Assembly (NCBI GenBank): GCA_010909165.1 | Contig: MU008157.1 | Location: 992,001 to 1,056,000 of the forward strand | Reading direction: 5' to 3' | Length of the DNA: 64,000 bases | DNA from: Anthoceros angustus | Taxonomy: Eukaryota > Plantae > Anthocerotophyta | Shown: in pieces, positions 46,720 through 60,383 of the stretch | Layout of the letters: every line of letters begins with the position of its first letter | Numbering within the stretch: the stretch's first letter is position 1 | Position numbers and translations under genes: made by a program | Notes under the pieces: generated by a model | What the model saw: only the letters and a program-made list of their open reading frames with translations | Databases searched by the model: none | Told to the model about the DNA's origin: nothing

Positions 46720-49700
46720 TTTATCTTTGGTAGGACCTCCCTCCTATTGATGAAACAGTCCCTCCCGCACGTGGAGTAAAAAGTTTGGTCCTTTAGGTAG
46801 GAGGTAGGTAGGAGGTTTCGACCGATTATAGCGGGGCCTTGATTCAGTCGTCATAAGCAGTTGGTGATAGGTCGGTGAGTGCAGAGGTGAGTAGGAATGG
46901 GACTTAGAATCTCCAATAGGTGCTAACTTTTAGGATTTACAAACTAATCATGGCAATTAGTTTTATAGGCAAAAGGTCCTTGGTCTTTGGTAGGTCATAG
47001 TAGGAAAAAGTACCTTGCTCTTTGGAGGATAGGTAGGTGACCCTTGGCCGGGCAGGAAAAAGTTGGAGCGATTATTCCGAGGAGCAAGAAGGCAACTTCC
47101 TTGGCCTTCAAAATCGCGCATGCGGGGGGACTATATATGCGGGTAAAGGGGCGGATATAGCAAATCAGTTTTGAATAGAAGGACCGTCAATGGTGCCACG
47201 AGGTGGACATCGCGATTGGGCGCATCCGAGAAATCCCCATTGAAATGCATGTGCAGCAAAACCCTCGGTAAGCCAAGGTTTGGTCGTTTTGGGAAGTAAG
47301 AAGAGAGACGGCATGGGAGGAGGAAGGCGCCGCGAGCAGTGAGTCTGGAGTTTTTTGCGAAGAGGCGAATTTTTCGGCGAGAGGTTGCACTAGGCGGGCG
47401 GGGACGCAAGGCGGTCTACCACCTTTCTAGAGGAAGCGATTGCGTGCGAGACAAGCAGAGGAGGAGAGCTTGCGAGAGAGAGCTCGGCGGAAGGTTGGTG
47501 AGGAGCTAGGGCGGCGGTGCCAAGAGAAAGGAGCTACCTTTTGGCGCATTCTTGGAGAGGAGTTTGAGGGATCAGCTCGAGTGCGGAGGCGACTTCTCAA
47601 TTCGCGACCTCAGCCTTTTCTTCCTTGCTTCTCCTCTCTAGCTAGCTTGATAGGTTGCTTTCCCTACCAAATTCTATCCTTGTGTGCTCCTTTTTATGCG
47701 GATGGTGAGAATTGTGAGGACGGGTGGTGGCACCCCAACTCAAGGAGATGGGAGCAAGGCAATGCTACCACACCTCCCAATCAAGGCAAAAGGCAAGAAG
47801 CATCCCATGCCCGTTCATTGCGCCCCATCCAAATTTCATCTCGAGACTTGGGCGCTTTCGAGCGATATGCTCAAGAATTGAAGATGGAATGGTTGTACTT
47901 GGTGCTGGATGGCACTTTTCAAGCCCAACATTGGTGCGGGGGTGTCTTGGCGGTTCGCGAGCCACAAGAGGAGAAGCCGTGATACCCGAGGATGTCACAG
48001 TCCGAAGTCACCCTGGAACGTGGAAGGTGCGCCATTTTCAGCAGACATATTTGATACCCGAGGCGCACAAGGGAGGGATCATCCCATCGGCCCAGTTTTG
48101 TAAGAATCAGATTCCGGAGGCGGCCATGGATATGTTCCTACGACGCAAGGAGGAAGTTTGGTCTCCTGGTAATGGTTGGCAAGTTTCCATGTTCAAAGAG
48201 AGGAAGTGGAATCTCTTGCCAAGATTTGGTTGGGATTGATCATGCAGCCGGGAAGACCTACATAGGCAATTCCACCTTATGATGATCTATGAGATGTCAA
48301 GGCAAGTTGGTAGATTAGGCGAGCATTCTACATGAGCGGTGGCTCATAGGAATCATTTGATGATGAGCAAGGAGGCCAAAATTAGTTTTGTCTCCACCTT
48401 CCTAGTGCATTTATATCACAGGGAGGAAGTTCTAAAGGAGGAGGAACTGGAGGAAGCTAAGATAGAAGCTTTCTTGGTCCGAGTGGTGGAAGGGGAGCCG
48501 TCCGTGGCAGCAGAGGACCAGGAGGAGGTAGATCGTCGACCACCTGGGAAGAAACCACCACTCCCAGCCCATCAGCATTGGATCAGGAACCAAAAACGAC
48601 AAGGGGAAAGAGAAGGAGCCTATGGCGCCTTCTACGGAGAAGATAGGGAAAGACTCGCGACCACCTACCAGAGGGCTTCACATTAGTAGGCAGCCACCAC
48701 CAGCAGGAGAAGGCTCGGTAGGGACCGGACCACCTACGAAGGAAGTAGTTCCTACGGGAGGAGCTACAACAGAGGACGGACCTACAATGGGAGAACAAGC
48801 TCCAACCGGAGGAGGACAGGATGGGCTTGTCGCCATGGAAGTAGAGGGCGACAAGGAAGAATGCCGAGGAATGTTGGTGAACTACGCACTAGCAGGAAGA
48901 TGGGAGGTGTGATAGGCAGTGGAATCTTTCGAGGAGAATGGCTATCAGTGCAGATTGAATTTGAGGGCACTGTAGATGCCTGTAGGCAGTTTGAGAGGGC
49001 GGCCGGTTAGTCTTGAACTTGGGATGTGAAAGAATTGGAGGATGTGCAGAAGAAGCTGAAGGGAGCCCTGAAGACAACCTCCGAGAAGCAACACTATGTC
49101 CTGGACTTGGCCAAGGAGCGAGATAGGATCACCACCAAGTTGGTGAATGTGTGGGAAATGATAGACCAAGTCTTGGAGAGGGAAGCCATTTCAGCCAAGA
49201 AGGCTGAAGAGATGGAAGCCGCCAAGAATGAGGCGGAAGAACGTTTGAGAACGGCCTTGGAAAGGGTAGGAGAAGTGAACAGAGAGAAGGAGGCAGCTAC
49301 TACCACATCTAGTAAGGCCCGAAAGGACCTTGAAGATGAAAAGGATCTCCTGAGGAAGTTGCGGCCATGGACAAGCGAAGGAATATTACAAAGGAAATCC
49401 GACGGCCTAACAAACGAGAAGCAGGAATGGGACAATGTGGCTAGAGGACTCAGGGAGGAGCTCCGCATCACGAGGGAACTCCTGGACCAGCAGCGACAAC
49501 AATCGAACCACCTTGCCAATGCCTACGGGACCGAGGCAAGGAACTGCAGGAAGAAGGTGCTGACGGTCCGACATACCCTGAAGGCAATACGAGCCCTCAG
49601 GGAGGAACAAGCTAGAGCCACAGCAGCAGCAGTAAAGCGCTTGGTAACAAATGCCAAGCAAAAGATGAGGAGATTGGGAAGCTCACCTTGGAATTGGAAG

Positions 49701-49885
49701 GCGGAGATCGAGAGGCCGTTGTGCGAAGGTGGCAAATATGGTGAGTGGGAGGTGTGTCACTACGAGTTAGAATCATGGGCCTTGAGAGAGAAAGTGGCAG
49801 AGTGGCCACTTACTACAACAACCTCGTGGAAACTATTGAGGAAAGATACAATGAGGAGGAAGAGGAAACGGATCTGGCCATCCTA
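46720..49885 (+). mobile_element. LTR-retrotransposon internal region with accessory coiled-coil ORF, truncated by CACTA insertion
   Basis: Homologous to 23000-26350. The 295-aa coiled-coil ORF (49026-49913) loses homology abruptly at ..CCATCCTA|CACTACTACAAAA. Confidence 0.65.
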
Positions 49886-52800
49886 CACTACTACAAAACG
49901 GGGCAGAATATGACGGTGGCCTTATGTCGGCATCATTAGCACGTAGTCCGTTTATGGGGCCGAATGGGGTAACCAACCTTTGGATGTGTCCCCACCTTGA
50001 CGAGGTGGTTAGAGCAACAGTGTCTCGGACATGTCGGCCGTGTCATTACGTGCAAGAAAACAGCGGGGTCATGACCTACGCCATCCAGGTATTCAGGGTC
50101 CAAAACCGATGTCCCTTTCGTCTTTCGAGAGTGTGCACTTGGGGGCTGGCGGCGCTTTGCGTTCAAGGTTTGGTGGTACATTGCCTTGATTAAATCATCA
50201 AACTTCCATGACATGGAGCGACAAGCCTTCGCCGCATGAGAGCTTTTGCAAGGTTTGTTCATCCGAGGATCATCCGAAGTGCTTGGGCAGCTCGCTTCGG
50301 CAACCACAATAACGCCTCTCCCTCCACGGGGCTATCGCGCATCATGGCGGTATTGGTGAGCGAGCCGCCATCATCTGGGTGCCTTTGAGAAGACATGGAC
50401 GGAGTGGGCGTCTGCGGCTTCTCGGCGTTTCCGGTTCATAGCTAAGGTTAAATCATATGCAAACCACGTGTCGTGTCTTGGATAAATCATATGCAAACTG
50501 ACATTGATATTAAGCGCATATTAAATGGGTTTCTTGGATAAATCCCAGGACACACGGGCCCATGCTTGAATCTTTATATGGCGTCGTGAAAACACAAAAG
50601 GTATCTATGGCGCCTATCTTGAACAACATGCCGACAAAAGCACATAGCAAGCAATCCAAGTCCCAAAATTGCTATGCCTTTTCTGATTCCACACCCTATG
50701 TGAGGATAGTGTGCTCAAAATTGAAATGGGAAGTGCCCACACTTGGCCAGGGGTGCATCATACCGCCATCTTCATCAGGCCCCGGCGTTTGGCGTATACA
50801 TCGACAACCACTACAGGGCCGGTGGCCAGGAGCACAAAAGCATAGCCTTGGCACCCAATCGTACGCTCCTTCCTTCCGCCACGTTGTGGCTTGGGACAAC
50901 CACATGTGCCATCAAAGCGAAAGCCCCTTGTCGTTCGGGATGAAGTCAGGTAGCAACATAAAAGCTGCCTGTTGTAGATGAGCGGAAGCGGCTGCGGATG
51001 ATGAAGTTGGCACCTCATCCGGTGCGACACAATCTTCATTGTCCCCGTGCTTGCGGGGCGGACAATTTCCACGCAGCCAGGGCTGTCAAGAGGATCCTCG
51101 CTTGTCCCATGGAGGCCAATTGACCGGGCCATAATACTCCTTCGTGCTACTACGGAGCGGCGAAATCGACTTCAATCACGGAGCTCATAGCAGGTTCGCT
51201 CACGATATCGATGGCGCCCATTCCCTCGGCATACCTCTCGGTGTAAAGGGTGGGTCTAAGTCGATCACGAGGGCGAGAAAATTTGTGGCCGAGGAAAGGA
51301 CTAAAAACATCTTGCTAGCGGGTGAACACCTCCACCAGCCATCTGGGCGCCAGCGCCGCTCCTCCACGGCCGCCACGAAGCTCCGCCTCTCCGGCATATG
51401 GGCCCAGTCTTCACTGCACCACCACCTCCTTCTCGTGCATATGCTCCGTTGGTTGGCCCCCATCCTCTGCACAGGCGGGTTGAATTGAACCGCCCGGCAT
51501 CGTGTCCAGGCGGATAACTCGCCACCTCAACACCAGCGATCCTTCCTTCCACCGGCGGGGATCTCGGCGTCCACCACTGCCCAGATACTGCTTGACACAT
51601 AGTCCCGGAAGGAAGGGCGGGGCACTCCCAAATCCATATGGCGATCGCGCCTCCTTGGTTTGTGTTTGCAGCGTTGTCTCCTCGGCGGCCTCGCACCACC
51701 GAGGACTCACTACCTCCGCCCGTCGTGGTGGGGAGGCTTCCGATAATGTCGCCGGCGTGGGTAGCTCCATCGGCCTCCCGGACACCTCTTGGCTGGCGCG
51801 GCGGGTGGCCATTCGCCCGAGGCGGGAAACCACGGGTGAAGAAGGGAGGGCGGGGAGAATCGTCGATGTTAAACTGCGTCTACCACGTGTCACGCAGTTT
51901 GGGCGTGAAAGTCTTGGCGCAGCGTAACTTTAACTTTCGAGCGGAAAGGATGTGTGGAGATGTGCGTTCTTTCTACCGGAAAACCCCAATTAAGCATGGT
52001 GTCATTTGGACCATCGGTGATCGGGCAAAGTAACCCTTTCACACACTACCAAGTTTTGTGCATCACACACCGCAAAGGCCTCACAGATTAGCCGTGCTTA
52101 GGCGTGAAAGATGGAGTGTGTCTCCCCAATCATGTAGGTAGCCTGTGCAAGCGGACATTTAGGCGATTCAGGTGAGCGTTTAGAAAAGCGCGTTCACATC
52201 GCCGACGGTGGCCTTCAAACCCGCCCATGTGTTGCCGCCATAAATCGGTTGCCACCGGCGCTCGCACCACATGTGTTCGCGATATGGAGGATATGGCCCC
52301 TCCGGCCCGTGATGGGCAGATCCACCATTGTATTGCCCATGTCATATGCTCGGCGTCAAATACGAGCGGACATTTCTCCGTCATGTCGCTTTTGGGATAT
52401 ATTAGCAGTGATGTCTTTTGCTTGTGCAATTGCTGGTCGGAAGAGCTTGCTTCATATGCTTTCGAGCATCGCACTTTGGCACATGTTGCGGGGTCGGCGT
52501 CGATTATTACTTGGCCGCTGGACAAGGAGGCATCCTCCCTCTCCATGAAGAAGAAGGCGGTGCGATGGATATGGAGCAGTGTCCAGCCGGCGAGGGGCAG
52601 GCGTCCTACACACAAGCCAATCCCATCCGGATTGGGGGGTGTGAACAAGATGATGGTGTCGTCTTGACATGCGGTTCATGAGTCCATCCAGACGGGCAGC
52701 GCGATGCTGCGGTAGGCGTAGCCCCTCTTCTACATTCAAGGGCCATGCTGACCAAACCCGTTTGTCGCAACTATTGCACTCCTCAGTATGTGGGACCGAT

Positions 52801-54720
52801 TCAACATATCGGATAGCGGAATGGCGGCCATCTTCCACATTGTAGCGATCTGCTTTTGCCACATCCGAACACCCTCAGCGGTCACGGCGGGAAGATCTTG
52901 TTGCACATCGATCAAAGGAAGGTGCATCCCTCATGCATCAACGGTAGAATCTCTGGGGTGGAGCTGCGGTGATCTCCAATCGGCCCGGTGTGGCGGCCGC
53001 GCAACAAGCCCGGGTTGGCGCCACATGATGCCACAGAAATCCTTTTATTACTTCCCATTGGTGGGCGTCTCAATCGAATGTTTAGGTGCCCTACTCACAG
53101 CGTGGATATGTCTGGTTGCGGCGTAATCGGTCAAGCTCCGCATCATGCGACACTCCGGCTTAGGCAGCCAGCGCCTGAAGATAATTTTAGTGCGGAGGGC
53201 GAGACATCGGCCAGCTCGCACCATAGGCCTTAACCCTTGTGGTCATCGCTCGGCGAAGTCGATTTGGCCCGTGTTGTTGGTTATCCACAACATGCCACCA
53301 TGGATTTGCAACAAACAGCAGTCATTATGTCCATGATTATTCCAGGCCCAAAGCGAGTGCGAATGGACGTTGTATTTAGACCTTGTAGAAGAATTAGGCG
53401 AAATTTGTGGATGGTGTGCCATCGAGGACTTCTCAAACCAAGGTGTGATCCGCGGTTTTCACCTGCGGGCTGGTCTATTGTTTGCCACATGTGATTATCC
53501 GGGTATGGGAAACTTGGCAGGTTGAGGTCATGCGCATGTATCATTTATGGGGTTCAATTACAAGCCGATGGTCACAACAATTGGACAAGATGCTATCTGC
53601 AGGTGCTCGGAGATGGTGCTCGACCTCGGTGATCCCGTCGCGCGTGTGGCGAGATGCCTTGATATACCAAGTGGAGACCATGCCCCGCACAATGGGCGCC
53701 GTCGTCGCGAGATGGACCTCACGGGGTACTGCCTGAAGAAACAAACACAAAGGCATGGGGGTCACTCGCGTCTCACTCATCCTCACGAAGTTTACCATAC
53801 CTCGAGGCGTTTACATAAGTTACGGCTTAAGGATGTGATGCGTGGAGGTGAACAATGCAAAGGCATTTTGGAGTGTATTCTGGGAAGAGTGACACCCTTG
53901 GGGGCCGGTATGACATGGAGGATGCCAACTCAAGCCATGGTTGTGGCCAATTTCGGATGGTGATGAGACCCCATCCCGCAGGTATGTTATGTCATTCGAC
54001 CTGAGCGGTAAAGGCAGATATCGCATGAAGCCCCCACGGCTTTGGTGCAAACATATCTGCGTGCTTTGATGGCCCAAGGTGGGCACGAAAGCCATGATTA
54101 GCACCTTTGATGCAATACTATCTTCTTCCAGCGTTGCGAGGCGGCTAGAAGGCGGCGTGTTGGCTTTGCGCCTCGCCGGAGTGTCTCGTTGGATGTGTAC
54201 CAAAGAGATCGATATATCCATGCTACACACGAGAAGAAGCTTATCGACATCATGGTGGAATTGGAAAAACACATACCAACACATTACGGAATTGATGCGA
54301 CACCTCATCATCCACACAGCAGCGAGGTTGAAACTCATGGGCGGTTCCGTCGATGGATGTACCCCATGGGCGCTTCATGCTTGTCCTCAAAAACCATGTG
54401 CGGCAGCGTGCCGTCCGAGGCGGCCTTGCCACGGTACATCTCTATGGGCGATGCACGCCACGCAGGTTCATGGCGGGTTGCGACCACCTGATTGCCATCA
54501 TGTGGGATACAATGCGGCCGAGTGAGGCACCATCAGGCGAGGAACAACAATTGACCTACACCGGCCGAGTCGTCTACATTGGTACCTGCTCCGCACCTTT
54601 GGCGGAACCCGGAGGCGGGTCGATGCTCATGGGGATGTTGGAATGGATTTCAAGCAATGGATGCGAGGTCGGTTGGCGGATGATGCATAGGCGGTAATAT
54701 AATTATACGTGATCGGCGGC
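49886..54720 (-). mobile_element. CACTA (En/Spm) DNA transposon, degenerate, with terminal CACTACTACAAAA
   Basis: The CACTA terminus lies exactly at the point where homology to the retroelement stops. Weak TnpA-like remnants occur on the minus strand at ~51200-51900, and DUF4216-like pieces (DFCGIM; AFFFME...GQVIIDADP) at ~52450-53070. Confidence 0.7.
53250..54500 (+). pseudogene. CACTA TnpD/Tnp2 transposase remnant (Transposase_21/DUF4218 region)
   Basis: CDYPGMGNLAG, DVM...CKGILECILG and ELEKHIP....RWMYPMGRFMLVLKNHVRQRA. Confidence 0.8.
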
Positions 54721-54848
54721 CTCATTAAGACTCGGCAGCTTGATTTTTCGAGGGGCAGAACGGAATTCTAGAGAGAATTGACCTATTGGTCATTGTTTTC
54801 TGCTGATATAGTAAAATTTATTACAAGAGTAAACAATGCCATGTAGGA

Positions 54849-55033
54849 TGAAAATAATCCACCATCTATGTTGAAACCATAGCGATGGGTAGAAAAATAG
54901 CACCAAGTGAAAATAATCCACCATCTATGTTGAAACCATAGTAGTAAGGGTGAAAAAATAGCCACCAAGTGAAAATAATCCACCATCTATGTTGAAACCA
55001 TAGCGGTGAGTAGAAAAATAGCCACCAAGTGAA
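54849..55033. repeat. Three tandem ~61-bp units
   Basis: TGAAAATAATCCACCATCTATGTTGAAACCATAG-(variable 10-11 nt)-AAAAATAGCCACCAAG x3. Confidence 0.95.
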
Positions 55034-58000
55034 TACCACGTGCATCAAGATAGAGCTCGTTCTGAAATCCCACCAAAATCGCTAATCCCCATGGGTAAAA
55101 CATATCCAGGGTAAATACCATTCATGGGGATCCAGGATATACAAAAACCAACAAAGAAACCTTTTCTTTGCGAGTTTCTGCATATCCGAATGACATGAAA
55201 TACATTAAAATAATAATAGAGTAAATACCCGGATAAGATTGATCCCCCACTTGCTCTAAAACACACATAACATAAATTAAGCTGCGAAAATATTAAGAAT
55301 GAACCACAGGGCAAATGTATATCGACAAGTCAAGACCACAGACGGGCGAACCCGGTGAACCCGCGGTGTAAAGGTCAAACAACGGTGGTCACACAGGTGC
55401 AGCGATCGAGATGGCGATTAGCAGGCAGGAGCAGAACCTGAGACGAGCGAATGAACACAAAAGCAGTTTGACACAAGATGAAAACATACCACGAGTTGCC
55501 CTCTTGGCGGTACAGATTTTGAGTTTCTTGAGGATCTTGTTCAAGCCCCCACTCTCTCACCTTTCGCCGAAGCAAAGTAAGCAATTGAAAAGCACCAAAC
55601 AAAGCTAACAGCAAACTCACGAAAATGCATACAAAACAAAACAAAGAAACTATATATAATGAGTCTGAAATGACACAGTCAACAAGCAGTTTGAGTAAAG
55701 AATGAAATCGCACCATAATTACTTCTGCGGTATTATCCGATTCTGACCGGATATTTCTTGTGAAACTCTTACGCATAAAACATACTAGAAATAATTAAGC
55801 GGGAAGGCCATAAGGGCCAAAGACTTTGGTGCTGAGTCTACAAGACAATGATGAATCTGGGAGATAAGCAACTTATGAGCGGAAGAAAAAAGAACCAACA
55901 CAAAGGTGGAATGACACAACCAAAATTTGCAAGCTATACAATGGACGGACAACCACGGAAATCAATGGTGAGGCTTGAAAGCCCTAAGCGGAAGACACAA
56001 AACAAACGATCGTGCAGGTTATTCTTTCCGGTGTATACATTCTCAAATTAAGTCCTTTTCAAGAAAACTAGGCAAAGCCCACCTTCGAAACATACGGGTG
56101 AGAAGAAGGCGAACTCACATGAGATGCATAACATCTCGAGACAATCGGCCAAAAATGTTAGCGAAACAAATAAACGAGGCATACGGACAAGAACACATGG
56201 CTAAAACTCTATGTTCTATGATGGGCCAGAACAAAAGGCGTAAATTGAACAAAAATAGGAGATAAAGATGTAAACTTCTTTATGCTCTTTAGAAAGCAGC
56301 GGTAACAAAATAAGAAGACTTTGTTGAAGATGAACATCGTGAACAGGCGGCAGCTCAACAAAACAAGAAAAGGTAAAAGACCAATTATCCATCTAACAAC
56401 TCGCGCAAATCGCAGACGTGGAGCGTAAATGGAAACAGGCGCTCATACGCATACTCAAATGTCCAACCAAGAATTTCAAAACTTCAAAACTCCTACTAGG
56501 CCTCCAAAGGTGCGAGGCCTTCATTCTTGTTTATATTGGTTTGAGGAAGTAATAAGAAAAAAGACACGGCAGTGCATGTGAGCAAGGAAAAAGGGCCGAG
56601 CATAGCGTATAGGAACTTAGCGCACACATGGAAGAGTTTTTAACCTCAGACCCTCATTGGTGACAATAGACTGAACACACATAAACAACCGGCTCAAGAA
56701 GTAAGGTCAATAACAGCAGCTGGAGAGGAAAGAGGTACGTACAAAGAACCATCGCCAAACAAACTCAAACACCGCTTCAACTCGACGCTAACACATGTAC
56801 GCCAGCAGACAACTTCGGCACAACCAAACGAAGAAGAGAAAAGAGCGCATACAAAACAGTAAGCAAAGGTATAGCTAAAAGAGCGGAAGGCGCCGCATGA
56901 AAGCAGCCAAAACACCTGAACAATGACATCTACGCCCGGTAGCTTTAAAGCGGTGCAAACCTTAATGGCCAAGGCGAACACCGCCAGCGCCAGGAAGCGA
57001 CGATCAAATTTTGGCTTTCCGGAAGTAGCAATCCCGTATCAACAAACAAAGCGGCAAATTAAGCGGTCATGAAACTACTACCAAACTGGGCCCGGCTTTC
57101 GGACTTTGGGACACCCAAAACCATGTGGGCCCTACTAAAACAAAGACGCTAGCAGCTAGAGGGAGGGACTCGGCCCCTGAGCTACCCTCCTAGGAAAAGC
57201 AATACCGCCGGAAGAAAGAGTTTATATAGAATACAAAAGCCCTGGCTTTCTTACTCCCTCTCTGCTGTAGCCATTCTCTCTAACACCTGGACCTTGTTTG
57301 AATTTAATCCGAACCTAGAATTTGAAACCAAATTCCAAACCTACCTAAAATTATGCGATTACGATTGGTTGCCGCCGCCCTTGTACATACTAGCTGCCAA
57401 AACCTCAAATCGTATTTACTCGAACCTAGTCGACCACCAAACCTAATTGAAACGTCCAGCATAACCTGTGCCTTGGCTCATCGCCCGGTTGTTGGCTCCA
57501 TAAGCGATGGCACCGCCACTTAATCGCCGCTCCACGCTCATCGGCTCCAGCCGGTGATGGCACCTGCCCACGTCAACGCTCCAGCCTTCCTCTCTCTGCG
57601 TAACTTCCTGCATCGAGGATCACACCAAAGTTGAACTTTGATGCGTTTTCGGCCATTTGTATGGCCGTTCTAGCCGATCGGTGGAAGTAGGTAGAAGCCG
57701 CCAAAAGTACCACTACCAGCGGTAGAGAGAGATCACCGGCGTGCAACAATGACCTTTAATGTCCATGCACAAACCTAGGGACGCCCATCAATGACACATC
57801 GGTGGGCACTTCTTCGTCACGGTGTCATTCATTTGCGCTGCAGTATGCATGTTCGCTCTCCGATCTCGCGCATGAGCATGTCAGACGTGGAGGTTCTGAA
57901 ATTTCAGCTCATGACACATTTTGTAGTGTGCTCTCGGTGTATGAGGGCTCACAGCCCAGCATCACAGCCGGGTGGTTGTTGTTGTTGCTGCTTGTTGGGT

Positions 58001-58084
58001 TGTGTGTTTTCGGCCGGTAGGGTGGGCGAGGAGCCGGATTTGAGTTAGCCCCTTTTCTATGTTACGGCCCAGAATAGCGGAGGG

Positions 58085-59350
58085 TTATTTAGCGCTTGTG
58101 AGGTGATTTTGCGAGTCGGGATTGTGAAGCAGGATCGCGTTAGGAGGTGCTGATTGAGAAGAAGTCATTGGTCGCATCGATGGTTCCATTTTGGTGTTTA
58201 GGCGCCCGGCCCAGTATATGCTAGGGATTAGGTAAGTATTACAACATGGGCGTTGGCTTTGGGTTTGGATTTGGATTTGGCATTGCGGCTTGGTTTGTAA
58301 GTGTGGTGGCGCTGATTTCCTTATGGTCGGTGTGATGCTCCGGTGTAGGATTAAACGCAATCTTGTGCCCTTGTGGCCAACCAGACGATTACGAAAATTC
58401 ACTATTACGGGACGGGGATCCTGGGAGGGTTCCGAGAATGCGACCGGGATCCATGGTACATTTGGAAAATGTTGCAAATCTCGTCTTTGGTTAGCATTTG
58501 ATGGATGAGCTTAAGTGCGAATATTATTGCGAGGACGCCAGGTCTGTTCAACTGCTTACCGGATTTCACGGTGGTACTCTTGGTGACACGCAATTCAGAG
58601 CCGGTACTTTTACAGAGACTCTGCAATGTTTTCCATCTTTGGCAACAAGTGTCGGCGCTCTTGACATCAGGGTATGCGGCGAGACCAAGGCTGGCGAGTC
58701 TCGGTACACCTCGCCTGCACTAAGTGGGAGACATCGTTGGCACCTGATGTCCTCGGGGAGATGAGGTAGGCAGGTAGAGCAGGCTCTTTTCCTGGATTCG
58801 GTGGTTTGCGATGGCGAGCATGGAAACGGGAATCACGAGCCCAGGGGTGACGGTGGTTTCTTGAGGCATTTGTGAGTGGGACATGCATGATTGGGGGCTA
58901 TGCGCACGCATGGGATGCATGTAGTGCGGCCGGATGCGCGATGTGAAAGCTCTTGTGACACTGAGTGGTGTGCCGTTCTCCCTCAGCGATTCAGGAGTGG
59001 CGGCACTTCTTGAAGGGGCCCAGTTCGTCTTTGATGCGGGAGAAGGGGAGGGCTTCTACATGGTCGGTGCTCCCGAATTATGGCATGACATCACCTGCAG
59101 GCCTTGAGGTTTCGCTGTGTGTGATTTGTTGATGATTAGCTGTTGAGGCACCCCGTTGGTAATTTGGCGGAGGAAAAAGGAGAGGCGGAGGCTCTGTATG
59201 AGAGAATCAGAATGCAGGCCCAGGTGTTCCTGAGAAGAGAATCCTCTTGGTCTTGGCGCAGCCTTGAGAATACTGGACAAACACAGAGGAAGAAGACTTC
59301 TGGTGATCCTCACTGAAGAACTTCCGCCCCTGGTTCACGGCAAGTGTGAT
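58085..59350 (-). mobile_element. Possible LINE ORF1 remnant
   Basis: DPRPVIVNF resembles the PRPI(I/L)V(K/R)F RRM motif of LINE ORF1 proteins; broken frames. Confidence 0.35.
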
Positions 59351-60185
59351 TGGCTCACTATGTAGATACCTTCAACCATGAGCGGTTAATGCAATTGTAA
59401 TGACTTCCTCGTACCATATGGTGATGGTACGTGAATCATTCTTCTGCGGCGCTTTGGTGGGCTCACGTCTTAGGGGGCATGACACCGCCTCGCCTCCACA
59501 TAAATGCGCGGATGGGTGTGTAGAACTGTATAGCATCGAGATCTCGAGTTCGCCGCCCACTCCGTGCTCCTCTTCATCCTTTTGACATAGTCGGTGAAGT
59601 CCCCTTGACTACATCCTCGTAAGTCCGCCTTTGTCTTTCCAACTCAACCGGCCGAGGGCGTCGCCACACGCCTTGCGCCTCGTCATCCAACGGTGGTTTC
59701 GAACCATGGAAGTTTGAGGCGCCACGGAGAATAGGCACTTGCCGTCCCCTCGCAACGCGCCCAACCGTACTCATCTTGTTTGAGTATCCGAGTTCCTTTA
59801 GGTGCTACAAAGGGACCAAAAATAGTTGTCGGCGCCGTCTTTTCACGCTTGTTCACTACTTTTGATGGTGTACATGTGTCGCGTGTCTTTGTTCTCTTGC
59901 ACGTTTTGCCGCCTCACCTTGGGCGATGCATCCAAGTCCCATAGTTTGCGTTTAACCCCAACGCCTCATCGATTCTCTTGAGTCGCAAGACTAGCTGCAA
60001 TTTGTCTCTCAAGCTTTCAATGTTGCCAAGTCAAGAAAAACTTTGTGCCTAGTTTTAGAACCGGGGCCCTACTTATACCTTTGAGCTATAACGAACGCAC
60101 CATGCTCCAAGGAGAAACATGTCCTGACCTTGACACATGTGGTTTTATTTAGAGAATGTCGACACATGTGATTGGGGCATGAGAN

Positions 60186-60383
60186 GTTGTCGCCGTCCGG
60201 GCGGTCGGCGACGCGGACGACGTTCAGCCCGCGGCGGAACTCCACCTCGCGGATCACCTCGCCCGAAGGCGATCGTTCCGTAACGACGACCAGCCGCCGC
60301 ACCCACACCCGCGGCTCGGTGCGGTCGGCGGTCGGGGTGAACTGGAACGGCGGGTCAGGAAACAAGCTCGTAGATTTCGCCAT
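60186..60383 (-). CDS. Bacterial-type protein N-terminus (putative SMC/ABC-family ATPase, ABC-three-component/DUF2326-like), truncated at N
   Basis: MAKSTSLFPDPPFQFTPTADRTEPRVWVRRLVVVTERSPSGEVIREVEFRRGLNVV matches the 'h..l.h....ev.F..GLNvv' start of SMC-like ABC ATPases. Very high GC, ends at the ambiguous base 60185, and is overlapped by an upstream ORF ending at TGA 60357-60355. Confidence 0.6.

Larger units (their letters stand above)
30697..49885 (+). repeat. Block B of a large direct segmental duplication (block A ~2140-26350)
   Basis: Colinear near-identical ORFs: 3988/33541, 6354/35917, 8788/38343, 14514/40393, 16717/42595, ~22150/45824 and ~25890/49440. The offset shrinks stepwise from ~29.55 kb to ~25.9 kb to ~23.7 kb because of two large indels. 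Confidence 0.95.

Noticed and set aside
49026-49913. Host SMC/myosin-like coiled-coil gene
   Set aside because: It occurs in three decayed copies within a PPT-terminated retroelement-like region, so it is better explained as a TE accessory ORF.
54849-55033. CRISPR-like repeat/spacer appearance
   Set aside because: The variable parts are only 10-11 nt and related to each other, there are three units and no cas genes, and the context is eukaryotic TE. It is a minisatellite.
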